From contig OX597836.1 of the NCBI GenBank assembly GCA_951406725.2, forward strand, positions 23,746,001-23,810,000: 64,000 nucleotides of DNA. The letters are read 5' to 3'. Source of the DNA: Octopus vulgaris. Lineage: Eukaryota. Under the pieces are notes generated by a model. It saw nothing but the letters and a program-made list of their open reading frames with translations. It was not told the DNA's origin and searched no databases. The position numbers and the translations under genes were made by a program. This document shows positions 13,612 to 27,154 of this stretch, one piece after another. Numbering within the stretch: the stretch's first letter is position 1; each line of letters starts with the position of its first letter.

Positions 13612-13651
<40 letters not shown>

Positions 13652-13746
13652 TATCAATAATAAAAGGGTAAAATCAATTAATTATTAATTAATTTTACCA
13701 AGTAGTGTTCAGTATGTAAGAGGGCCATTTAAGGTATATTTAAAAC

Positions 13747-13863
13747 ATTACGTTATATAATTAGGGTTAAGTAAAATAGCTAAGATTTTTTGGCTGCTAC
13801 TTCTAAAAGTTCAGTGTGTTGTAAAGTAAATTATTTTACTGAACCCTAATTATATAACGTAAT
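13747..13863. repeat. 32-bp inverted repeat in a TA-flanked island (13652-13865)
   Basis: 13747-13778 versus 13832-13863, one mismatch. Confidence 0.85.
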
Positions 13864-13928
13864 TTATATATATCTATATATATCTATATATATATACATA
13901 TATATATATACATATATATATATATACA

Positions 13929-14080
<152 letters not shown>

Positions 14081-14657
14081 CACACATATATATATACACA
14101 CACACACACATATATATATATATACATACACACACACATATATAGCGAGGGAAAGAAAGAGAAAGAGAGAAGCACATACACACATATGCATATATACATA
14201 TATACATATGGGTGTGTACGTGTGTGTGTGCATGTATGTATATACACACTCACACAAACACACGTATAATATTTCAATTCAAATGACAGTTAAAATGTAG
14301 GTAATAAGTAGCTTCCTAAAATTGTAATTCATGTCAATAGACAAATATGTCTCAGTGTACATGAATTATTTTTCAGAATTGGTGATTTCTTTAAAGTATT
14401 GTTGATATTCTCCACAAAACTTTAAGTGAAAAGCGGTACATGTCCCATAAGTTGTCCCAGAATAAATTTACATCTAATTTACCCCAAAAGAGTTGCAATG
14501 AGAATTGTAGTGTGTGTACATAGGGTGTTTAAGTTCCAAAGCTATTAAATATTCTAACATTAAAGTTTTTAAGATTCAACTTTATGTTCGGCTCTATAAA
14601 TAATTAAGATATGACTATATGCATGTGTGCGTATATATGCATATGCGTATATATGCG

Positions 14658-14700
<43 letters not shown>

Positions 14701-14754
14701 TGTGTGTGTGTGTATACGTATATGTATATATATATGTGTGTGCGAGTGTGTGCG

Positions 14755-14779
<25 letters not shown>

Positions 14780-14786
<7 letters not shown>

Positions 14787-15018
14787 CTGCAGCCATGAAG
14801 GGATACCGACTTGGGACCAAAAATAAACGAACACCGGTTGTCAAGCGGTGGTGCCAGGCAAACATGAAGTCTCTCACATACAGATACATACATACACACA
14901 TACGTACATACATACATACATACATACATACATACGTACATATATATATATATATGCATGTATATATAGACATATATAGATGCATACAGACATGTATATA
15001 TGTATATATACACATACA

Positions 15019-15079
<61 letters not shown>

Positions 15080-15237
15080 ACGGGCTTCTTTTAGACACCG
15101 CCTACCAAATCCACTGAAAAGGTTTTGGCCGGCCCGGCGCTATATTAGATGCTTGTCCAAGATGCCCCGTTGAAGAATTGCACCCACGACTAAATGCTTG
15201 TGAAGGAATCGTGTTCACCATTCTGCCACGCCTGTAC
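14780..15237 (-). mobile_element. Decayed SINE family B fragments split by microsatellites
   Basis: ACACCGGTTGTCAAGCGGTGGTG and CTACCAAATCCAC..GGCCCGG..CCAAGATGCC motifs shared with 940-1613. Confidence 0.55.
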
Positions 15238-15282
15238 CTATGTCGGTTTCTCTGTGTGTTTGTCTGCCTGTTTGTCTGTCTG

Positions 15283-15427
<145 letters not shown>

Positions 15428-15548
15428 TCATGTATGTATGTATCTATCTATATTTATATATATGTACATATAAAAGTACACACACACATATATATGTACA
15501 CACACAGTTATATACATACATGCATACATACATACATACATACATACA

Positions 15549-15579
<31 letters not shown>

Positions 15580-15927
15580 CTATGTATGTTAACGCAGTAT
15601 ATATAGTATGTACATTCACATACTCATGCACACACACACACTCACACACTCACGTATGTACAATACAAAGTTGTGCGTGTGTGTGCGCTGTGTATGTGTG
15701 CATATGTTTACAGAGAGGTTGAAAAGAAATCAAAGCATGAATATATTTACTTTTTAATTATTTTAATCAATAGAAATTATAAAGCCACTCGAGGGAAAGA
15801 GTTTCGCTCATGTTACTCATGAAAGTTAAGTGCATTGTATAAAACTGAGTTACTTTGTAACTTCAAGGGATTAAAAATAACACATATACATACATATGTA
15901 TGTATATACATGCATACATACATACAT

Positions 15928-16015
<88 letters not shown>

Positions 16016-16184
16016 TGCCCCAGCATGGCCACAGCTCATTAGCTGAAACTGGAAAAATCAAAAAAAATCATCAATATATATATATATATATATATATGTA
16101 CATATATATATATATATGTGCATGTATTCATATACACGCACAAACAAGAGAGTTGTGCATATGTGTGTGCGTAAGAATGAATAA

Positions 16185-16294
<110 letters not shown>

Positions 16295-17795
16295 CTCTAT
16301 ATATATATGATAGTATATATATATATTTAATATATATATATATATATATATATACACATCAAATGTATATATTTTATATTCCTCATAATTGTAAATGTAG
16401 TACTAATATATTCTGCATTGTTTTGTTTGTACCACTTTTGTATTCTGCATGGCGTTAAAAAATGCGCATTTGGGGTCCGATGAGACTGCGTTTTACTCTT
16501 TGTAGTCCAATATGATGTTTACAGTTTTACTATAGTTGGTTTTAGCAAATCTACTCTTCGCAGGCGACGCCCCAACCAAGTCTAATGGTTGGATCTAATA
16601 CACACGCACAACGACCCTATATCTAGAATTTGAATTATTTATATTTTCATTGAAATACATTTCAATTTTATTCAAATATATTTATTACATTTGTACCTCA
16701 TTTCCTAAATGCTTTTCGTGTTTTAGTATATGCATGCATATTTGTATGTGTGTGTGTGTGTCTGTGTGTGTCTGTGTGTGTGCATGCATTTAAGTGTTTG
16801 TATCTGTATGCATTTGTGTGTTTCTATGTTTGCATGCATACAAGCACACATATATATACTAACGTTGCTTCATATTGAATATTGACTATGGGTGGGCAAA
16901 TGAATTCTAAATCTTTAATTATCGGTTAAATATTTCTCCATCAAAATGTTTAGATAGGCCATGGTCTATTTTAATGAATTGATTATAATTACTAGATTCT
17001 AATAAAATGAAGCCAGCGAGATATCAATAGTTAATCCAGAGGAACAAAAGTAAATAACAGGGAATGCTAACTATTACATTAACAAGGCAAACATCTATCA
17101 TTGCACTAAATACATCAAGTGACAACTATAACTAGGACAAAAGCTCAACCTAAACATCTGCAAACACCTCCAGAAATCTTCTCACACAAGCAAGCTTAAG
17201 CACACACACATACTCACAAATGCAAACACATGTAATTGAGTGTGTGCATTGGTATGCATGCGTGCATATCTGCGCAGGGATATAATCTTTATGTATGCAT
17301 ACGTACATACATACATACATACATACATACATACATACATACATACATACATACATGCATATATACACACATACATATACAAATACATGCATATATACAC
17401 AAACGATGTTATTTGTTGTGTTACATTAATAAATTGAAGAAGAATTCTGCATAATTGAATGTAATTTCTAACTCTTCCAATATTCTCGACACATGTTCGA
17501 ACAGGAATATTATTTCAAAATAGATGCACGTGGGAAAGAAACCGATAAAAGTGGGATGTTCAAATAATATCAGAAAAACAAAATCCACCATTCTGTTTTA
17601 CGCGGGCAAACAAGAACCATGTCAAAAATTAGAATTCTTTGTTCATTACAAGAGAAAAGTAAATGCATAATGAATTTGGCAAATAGTTAGTTAGATATGA
17701 CTATCCGAATTCAGTCAATTCCCAAAGAAAGCAGGAAATAATACAAAATGTTTAAATATATCTTGTTTAACAAATGCAAAAATATAGTTGTAATA

Positions 17796-17837
<42 letters not shown>

Positions 17838-18075
17838 CATTATTCTTTATATTAGACAAATTTCAGTTAGCATTTTTTATACAACATATTCCATGCTTAA
17901 AGTATAGAATGTTGAGTGTCATTGTATGAAGAATGAAAAATAGATTGTAATAGGAAAGGACATCAAAAGTCTTTACGAAAACGAAAGAATTGGATGCTGG
18001 TATTATTCGATTACAACTACTTAAATTTAAATGGTAGACTAGTAGCAGTAGCATAAAAAAGAATAGTAGCTACAA

Positions 18076-18123
<48 letters not shown>

Positions 18124-18849
18124 GTATTGTTGTTATAGCAAATGTAGTTGGAGTGGTAGTAGTGGTAGATGTGGTAGTAAAGCGTATTTATGTGTAATAT
18201 ATATGTGTACGTACGTACGTGTGTGCGTGTGTGAGTGCGTGTGTATGTGTGTAATAATATAAAAATCAATGATTTCTATCAATGTAGCTACAATACTTTC
18301 TAGCAAATAAAACTATATAATACTATTACTGTCTCTTCTGTTCATCCTACTAAAACTTATGACATCTATGACCATTGTATATCAAATAAAAGTGAAGCGA
18401 ATTGCTTAATATAAATACAACTAAAATGGGAGGACAAACCTTTAGAATACAAGGGATTTTTTTCTGTCAGTATGTATAATGCATACCCAGCCAGTCCGAG
18501 CTAGTGCATTTGGCTGCGCAGAGTATTTAACTAATGAAAATGTTTTGTTCGTCCGAGAAAAAAAGATCAGGCATAGAGTGTGAACCGCCCCTAAACATAT
18601 TTCCGTAAACTGCAATATAATAAATAAAAAAAAGATAAGAAGAAATAACAGCTTATGTCAATCATTAAACTGGACGCACGCTGAAAGAAAATTCATGTCA
18701 CAATTTCCATTTTATGAAAATTGCAACAAAACTAGTAATATTGTAAGTAGGTAGACATTATATCAGTGTTGGTCATGTACAACAGATATATACATCAATA
18801 GTGGCATAAAGACTCTGTTGATACCATTATCACCATAACCCTATGCCTC

Positions 18850-18872
18850 GTCATCGTCGTCATCACAATCAT

Positions 18873-18903
<31 letters not shown>

Positions 18904-18980
18904 ACCACCACCGCCACCACCACCGCTACCACAACCACCACCACCACCACCACCACCACCACCACCACCATCATCATCCT
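18850..18980. repeat. (CCA/CCG/CAT)n degenerate trinucleotide repeat
   Basis: Directly visible. Confidence 0.9.
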
Positions 18981-19349
18981 CACCAATGCTTAATTGTCTT
19001 GGTTTTGTTGACAGGCTTTGATTAGTCAACATCGCGAGCCTCGAATATGAGCTGTATTTTATTTTAGTCTTGTATTTTCTAGCTTATGGGGAGTAATCTC
19101 TGTAATTAGACGCAGCATTTGATATAGCTATCTTACATCTGATTGTTGTGCCTATTTGAAAAACTTGTAACATATGGTTGTGTTTCTCTACTTGTTTTAG
19201 TAATGACATCCAAAGCACCTGTTACTATAGAGTATCTTTCTGCTAGAATCCTGAAGAAGATTCTTGAGATTTGAGGAGATTTCTTGTCAAATATGAAGAT
19301 AAAATCCCTGCTAACTAAATTAATATGCACTATCATAATAGTGATGATG

Positions 19350-19413
<64 letters not shown>

Positions 19414-19425
19414 CAACAACAATAA
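19350..19425. repeat. (AAT)n/(AAC)n microsatellite
   Basis: Directly visible. Confidence 0.97.
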
Positions 19426-19589
19426 TGGTTTCTTAAACTTTCTTTAGAACAACACTGTACAAAACTACATATATGGCACCCTTGGCATTGCATCAACATG
19501 AACTTCTAACTTGTCTCTTGAGGTCTCTGGGTGAGACTTGGAGTCAACTTGTAAAAATACAAAGCGCAAGTCAAACATAAAATAATAAT

Positions 19590-22086
19590 AAGAAGAAGAA
19601 AGCAAAGATGGTAAGATACAACCAAAGAATGAAGGGTTACCACAAGAATAGGTTATTCAGAGCAGATCAGAAGAGATTCTATAAAGAAATAAATGGAGAG
19701 TGTACAGATGAAAAGTTGATACCAGATAACAATGGAAGACAAAGGTTTTGGAGTGACATCTGGAGCGAAGACGAAGGGTACAAGAAGGATGCTGAATGGC
19801 TGCAAGAACTGAAACAAACATTAGTCTGTCTAAAACAGGCAGAACTAGTCATTTCAGTTAGGGAAGTGAAGGAAATCAGCAAAAAAATGAGCAATTGGAA
19901 GGTCCCGGGACCAGATGGAGTTCAAGGCTACTGGATAAAAAGATTTGGTGAATGTCATGCACGAATAGCTGCGCAAATCAACGCCTTGTTAAATGCCGAC
20001 CAAGGAACACCCGAGTGGTTGACATTGGGTGGTGCTTGAAAAACATCGAAAAAAGCAATATGGTAGACAATTACAGGCCGATATCCTGTTTTCCACTTAT
20101 GTTGAAATTATTGACTGGAATACTCGCAGAGTTAATGTATGAACATCTGGAAAAAATGGAGTCCTGCCACATGAGCAGAAGTGTTGCAAGCGTAGGTGCA
20201 GAGGCACCAGGGATCAACTCCTGATAGTCAACACGGTATTTAGAGACTGCAAGAGGAGGAGAAATAACTTAGCCATCGTAAGGCGTACGATATGATCCCA
20301 CATTCTTGGATTATGGAATGTATGAACCTATTTGGTATTGCATCGAATGTTGAGCGATTGCTTGGAAAAAGTATGGTGAATTGGAGGGCAGACCTGACAG
20401 CGTACGGAAGCAGTTTAGGGATAGTAAAAATCAGGAGGGACATCTTCCAAGGGGACTGCCTGTTCCAACTGATCTGTTTACTGTGCTTGATACCACTAAC
20501 ACTGATTCCGAGGAAGGCAAATGCTGGATGTGTATTCAAAAGCCGCGAACAAAAAGTCAACCATTTGCTATTTATGGATGACCTCAAACTGCATGGTAAA
20601 TATGAATCCTAAGACAGTTCCCTCGTTGAGATGGTGTATACTTTCAGTGGTGATATCAGAATGGAGTTCGGACTGAGAAAGTGTGGTGTGTTAGTCTTGA
20701 AGAGAGGCAAAATCAAATATATGGACGGGCTAACGATAGCGTCGGAGTAGGTTATGAAGCAGATAGAAGAGACGGGCTATAACTACTTGGGGATTTTGGA
20801 AATGGATAAACTGATGGAGAAAGAAATGACAGAAAAAACTTTAAGGTGGAGTACTTGCGCAGCCTGAAACTGATCCATAAGTCGAAATTAACGGAATAAG
20901 ATTGAAGCTATCAACACCTGGGCGGTTTCAATCCTAAAATATGGAGCAGGGGTAATCGCATGGACAGTATACGAAATAAACACCTTAGACAGAAAGACAA
21001 GGAAGTTGCTAGCTAGATATGGGATACTCCACCCCAAAAGTGACACAGACAGACTGTATGTACCAAGAAAAAGAGTGGGGAGAGGACTTATTGGATGCGA
21101 ACACAGCATTAGAGCAGAAGAAAACAACATAGCATGGTATGTAAAAATGCCACAGAACCGCTATTATTTGAAGTAAGAAGGTCAGGCTTGTGTAGGATAA
21201 AAGATTGCAAAGATAAAGCGCTATACAAAAAATTGAAAACGAATGAAACTGAAAATATGTGGGTTAAGAAAAGAATGCAAGGTCAATTTCATAGAGATGT
21301 TGAAGATAAGACAGACAGAAAAAAGATAGCTGTGGATTACTAAAAGTGATTTAAAACCGGAAACGGAGGCTCTAATCTGTGCTGCTCAGGAGCAAGCACT
21401 AAGAATAAATTACATAAAATACAGAATAGACAACGTCAGAAAGTGATAAGTGCAGAATTTATGGTGAAACCGTATGGCATATTACCAGTCAATGAACGCC
21501 ACAAGCCCAGAAGGAATACAAGAGACGCCACGATAATATAGCAAGACTTATCCATTGGACACTTTCCAACAAGTATAGACTTGACAGAGCAAGATATGTT
21601 ACGACCATAAACCTGAAGGCATCATCGATAATGATAATGCAAAGATCCTGTGGGATTTTATGATTCAGTGCGACTATGAGATAGAGAATAGGAAGCCAGA
21701 CATAGTCTTAATTGGGAAGAAAGTAAACTATGCAAGATCATTGATATAGCATGCCCAGCTGACAACAAGGTATGCGATAAGGAAGAAAGAAAAGTCGATA
21801 GATATATCAGGTTATCTTGGGAGGTTAAGCAGTTGTGGTCGATGCAAAGGTTGGTAGTAGTAGCAATAATTATCGGAGCCCTGAGAACAGTGAGTAAAAA
21901 TATTGAGAAGTACATGGAACACATAGGGGCTGCAATAAGGGAGGAACACTTGCAGAAAACAGTACTGCTTGGAACCACTCCAATACTCCGGAAGGTGCTC
22001 GAAAAATAAGGGGTGTTACCTTAGTTCACTGGTAGGGAAAAGCTGACACCATAGTACATCTCCAGCATTAGAAGCCGTGCAAAGGC
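19590..22086 (+). mobile_element. 5'-truncated R4/Dong-type RLE LINE, decayed RT + CCHC + RLE
   Basis: [94 protein letters not shown]. Multiple stops and frameshifts; ends in (AAC)(AAT)n. Confidence 0.9.
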
Positions 22087-22116
22087 AATAACAACAACAA
22101 CAACAATAATAATAAG

Positions 22117-24812
22117 GATGATAAGAGCAAACGGAACGTAAAAGACCACACTGGCGTAGATGAATTTGTAAGAAATAAACAAAGTTGAAAAGACATTTAG
22201 GACAACTGGATAGATATGAAAATAGAAAAGAACGAAAGCATAAGAATAGTGCTTGAAAGGACATATAGAATAAGAGATAAAAGGTATGATGTGATGATGG
22301 AAGAATTGAAACAAAGAGTAGGAGCAATCAAAGCAAAACTAGAAAGATATGACAATAGAACAAAACAATTCAGGCAAAACAGATTGTTTGAAGCAAATCA
22401 GAAGAAACTGTTTCGGGAGCTAGATGGGCAACTACACGTAACAATGATTCCAGATGGAGACGAAAGCAGGGCGCTCTGGAGAGTGATCTGGGACCCACCT
22501 GTAGAGCATAACAATAAAGCGGAGTGGCTGCATGAAATCCAAGACAGGTTAAGAAATATAGAAGGCCAAGACGACATAAAAATAACTATATAAATGATAA
22601 AAAGCAATTAAGAAAATTCCCAAATTGGCAGAGCCCAGCACCGGATAGGTTCCGATGTTATTGGATGAAGAAGCTGTGAGGGCTCCATGAAAGGATATCA
22701 CAACAGCTTGATGAGTGCTTACAGGAAGGCGTGATACCCAGCCGGACGACAAAAGCAAGACATTGTTATGTGCCAAGGATCTTGAAAAGGGTAATGCTTG
22801 CATCCAACTTTCGACCAGTAACGTTCCTTCCACTAATGTGGAAACTAATGTCAGATGCTTTAGACGGTCAACTGTATAGATACTTAGAAAAAAGTGAGAT
22901 GCTACCGATTGACCAGAAAGGGTTCCGAATGAAAGATCAGCTTTCAATTAATAATCTAATTACCAGGAACTGCAAGAGAAGACACACAAACTTGGGTTTG
23001 GCATGGATTGGCTATCGTAAAGCATACGATATGAAACCACATTCATGGATAACAAGAACAATGGAAATGTATGGAGTAGCAGAAAACATGAGAAGTCTTA
23101 TATGGAACAGCATGAAATGTTGGAGAACTGAATTGACATCAGGGAATCAGGTATTAGGATAGGTGGAAATCAAGAGAAGAATCTTCCAGGGGAACAGTGT
23201 CCCCCCACTGATATTCGTACTGGGGGGTGATCTCCTTGAGTGAAATACTACAGAAGACAAAGTTGTGTTATAATCTGGGAAGAGGTAAAGGAGAACCCGA
23301 CTATTTGCTATTCATGGACGTTTTGAAGCTGTTCACAAAAAGTGAGCAGAACTGGACAGCCAAGTCCAGTCTGCGCAGATTTCTCGAATAATATTATGAT
23401 GGAGTTTGGACTCTCAAAATGTTCTACGATGGTGATGAGACGAGGAAAGCTTGTCAGGACAGAAGGTGTATGTATGCCAAGTGGTGAAATGATTATGGCA
23501 ATTGAAGCTCAATCCAGTTATAAATACCTTGAAATTAAACACAACGCTTTGAAAGAAAAAACAAAGAAACAGTACCTGCGGTGAGTGAGAAAGGTATTGG
23601 CTTCAAAGTTGAATATCAGAAACATAATTTCGGTAATACACTCGCGCGCAGTCGCAGTGGTTCGATATGGCGCTAGAATTCTGAAGCGGACAGAGGAGGA
23701 GCTAAAGAAGATGGACAGGAAGTCAAGAAAACACCTAACGATGCATGGAGCACATCATCCACGTGCAGACTACTGATCACCTATACATGAAAAAAAAAAC
23801 ACAAAGGGAGGAAAGGGACTGATACGTGTGGATGACTGCGTACGTATCGAACTCAAGAGCTTCATGGGATACCTTTCCCAAAGTAAGGAAACCTTGCTAG
23901 TGACAGTTAAGAACGAGGGAGTATTGAAAGCAGAGAAAAAAGGAATAGCAAAGGAAGCAGTACAAAAATGACGTGAAGAAGAATTACGCAAGAAGGGACT
24001 ACACAATCAATTCCATATAGCCAAAACAGATTTGCCGGAAAACATAGATACATAGATGGGATTACCTGAAGAAAGGAACACTAAAACAAGATGCTGAGAG
24101 CACTATACTAGCAGTACAAGACCAAGCTTTGGCTACAAATTGCAAGGTCAACCTTAGGAAAGAGCAAGTGTCTCCGCTGTGCCACATCTGCAATAGAGTG
24201 AACGAAACCATTGACCATATCGCGAACGAATACTCTAGACTTGCCCCAAACGCCTATAAGTTGTGATGATATGATAAACTGTGCGAAAAGTGGGGAATAG
24301 CGAGAGGCAAGACGTAGTATGAGCACAAACTACAGAGAGTATCGGAGTCGGAGACTAGAAAATTCCTCTAGGATTTCCCAATTCAAACAGATCAGGTGCT
24401 TGAGCATAACAGACAGGATCTATTGGTGGTCAACAAGATTCACCATATGTGCTATGTAATTGATGTTGTGTGCCCCCTTGTCCGACTTATAGTAAAAAAT
24501 GAAGGTAAAAAATAGATTAATACGACCCTGTAAAGTACGAAATAACCCGGCTATGGAAAATGAAGAGGGTTAAGTGCCAATTATTGCTGGGTCATTGTGG
24601 GAGAGTATCAAAAGGCATCAAGAGGAATATAAAGGAAATCAGAATAGAATACCCAGTAGAACTGTTACAGAAGCTTTGCCTCCCATGGCCAGAATAATCA
24701 GGAAAGTATTAGATAATTGAAAAGAACAGATTGCATGGTACCGTAGGCAGCAAGCCCGATATACATGCAAGACTCCAGGAGTTCCAACAAAACCTGTGAT
24801 AAAAAGAAATAT
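22117..24812 (+). mobile_element. Second, divergent R4/Dong-type RLE LINE, decayed
   Basis: FRQNRLFEANQKKLF, NFRPVTFLPLMWKL, KAYDMKPHSWI, LLFMD, MEFGLSKC, INSRAV-like, AVQDQAL, HNRQDL. Ends at (GAT)(AAT)n. Confidence 0.88.
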
Positions 24813-24826
24813 TAATGATGATGATG

Positions 24827-24901
<75 letters not shown>

Positions 24902-24904
24902 TAT

Positions 24905-26630
24905 CGTGAAAAGGCAGTGGCTACTCCTGTTGGAACTAGAGATCTCCATAATAGTGAAAGAGTGTGTGTATGACTTTGCTGAACTAGGGGAGCAAAAAGC
25001 AGACAAGAACTGAGATTAGTAGAGGGACCAATAATTCCTCACACAATAGCTACTTGGATGATGGTAAATTTTACTTTGTGGAGGGAAAGACTGTTAAAGA
25101 GGAAGAAAGAAACTTACTGCTACACCTGAATGAGATGCCAAATAGCGGAAGAAGAAGGCTGCCAGCTCTGAAAGGAATCGAAAGAGGAAAACCATGTAAA
25201 ATAGTGAAGAAAATGGACGAATTGTTAACGAAAATCTACATTGAAAATATAACAGATTTAAACTGCGCAAACTGTTAGAGTTGATAGTGAAAGAAAAACA
25301 AAGGACAAAATGCCATGGTGGGAATGAAGACTTGAGAACCAAATTGATAATCTCAGGAGAGAACTTGGACGGATAATTGCAATCATAGAAAAGAAGAGGG
25401 TGAGGAAAAGACATTGGACCAAACTGCAAAGAAAGCACAACACAAGACACAAAGGACTGCTGGTAGTTAAAGAAGAACTAAGACAAAGAATTAAAGCAGT
25501 GTCGGGTAAAACAAAACAAAGATAAAAAAAACAAAGAAAGATAACGACAGAGAGCAAATCAATACAAGTAGAATAGACTCCTCAAGAACAATGCAAGGGA
25601 ATTCTATAAATAGCTGAACAATGAAAAAGAGCATCAGGGAAATAATATAGCAGAGGCTGAAGGAACAAGAAAATTATGGGTAGAAATCTGCGACGAAGAA
25701 GTCCAGCATAATATAAAAGTAGAGTGGTTAATGAAATTTAAAAGAGAAATGAAAGTTGGAGTAATAGAAAAAGATATAGGAATCACGGATAAGAAAATAA
25801 AAGAAATGATTAAAAGAATGGCAAACTGAAAAGCCCCTGGGCCAGATGGTGTCCAGGGTTTCTAACTCAGAAATCTCCCAAATACACAGTTATATACAAC
25901 TAATTTTTAGTTCTAAACTGCTTAGAAAATGAACATCAACATGGATGACAAAATGAAGAACAATGCTGGTACAGAAAGAAAAAGAAAGGCAAGCAAAGTC
26001 AGCAATTATAGACCTATTACTTGCTTATCATTATTCTGGAAAGTATTAACTGGCCTCATTGCAAATGAAGTGTATAATTTTCCGTTTCTGGAGAAGTAGA
26101 GTCTATTGCCAGAGGAACACAAACGGATGTTGGAAGAAATCAAAGGAAACTAATGATCCGCTATATACAGATAGTAGATTAGGAAGGTGCTCGAAACAAA
26201 ATTAAATGGAGGGAGCATAATCAAATCCATAAATACATAGGCTATTCCCGTATTGAGATACTCTGCTTCTGAAACGGACAGAGGTCGAGCTAAAAAAAAT
26301 TTGTATATAAAAGCCAGAAAGCTGCTGACAATACAGAACACTCTCCACATTAAATGCAATAGCGATCGACTCTACCTACCAAGGAAGGAATTTGGCAGAG
26401 AGTTACTAAACGCAGAAATAAACTGTCAATACTGTGATACTGAATCTGAAAAATTACGTTGGGCAGGGCAAAGAAAGAATATTGTAGGCAGCCAGAAATC
26501 CCTAAGAAGTGACCGATACAGTAGGATAATTCAAAGAGAAAAGAAAGGACAACGGAACCAACAGATGGAAAAAAATGGATATGGCCAATTCAAGCAACAG
26601 ACCGAAAATGTTGGAAGTAAAGATCGGTAA
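24905..26630 (+). mobile_element. Third R4/Dong-type LINE, internally deleted
   Basis: KAPGPDGVQGF, NYRPITCLSLFWKVLTG, KLNGGSIIKSIN, SDRLYLPRKEFGR fragments. Confidence 0.8.
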
Positions 26631-27100
26631 CTCTTGTTGACGGAAATATGGGTGTTTCATTTAGCATACCTGTGAGAACATCCATTTCAGCAGCAATCAA
26701 TTATAACCACCGATTTTTCATAGGTTGTGCTCCTGTGGTGCTGTTGAATATATTCCATTTTCAGTGATATATGATGCGTTGCTTTGTGCTGGCTTTGTTT
26801 AACAGTTTACCCACGAACATACACATTCACGACCAGCCGGTGAGCATTCAGAATGCTGGGTTCACCTGTTTTTGGTCCGAATTGTTTCGTTTCATTGCAA
26901 ACTGCTAAATCATTTGTCGTTTAATTTGCGTTGGAGAAAAATCATTTTCCCCCGTTTTATAGTATTCGTGTTCAACTACAAAGTCTTGAATGCAAGTATA
27001 CATTTATTTTCATTTCTTTGAATCCCAGCAATATGAGACAATTAAGAACGTCTTAATTGTGCTAGATAATTTTTAAAATTTTGTCATATTATTTCTCTGT

Positions 27101-27154
<54 letters not shown>

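Noticed and set aside
18795-19032. Poly-His / poly-Gly ORFs
   Set aside because: Trinucleotide repeat with no flanking coding signal.
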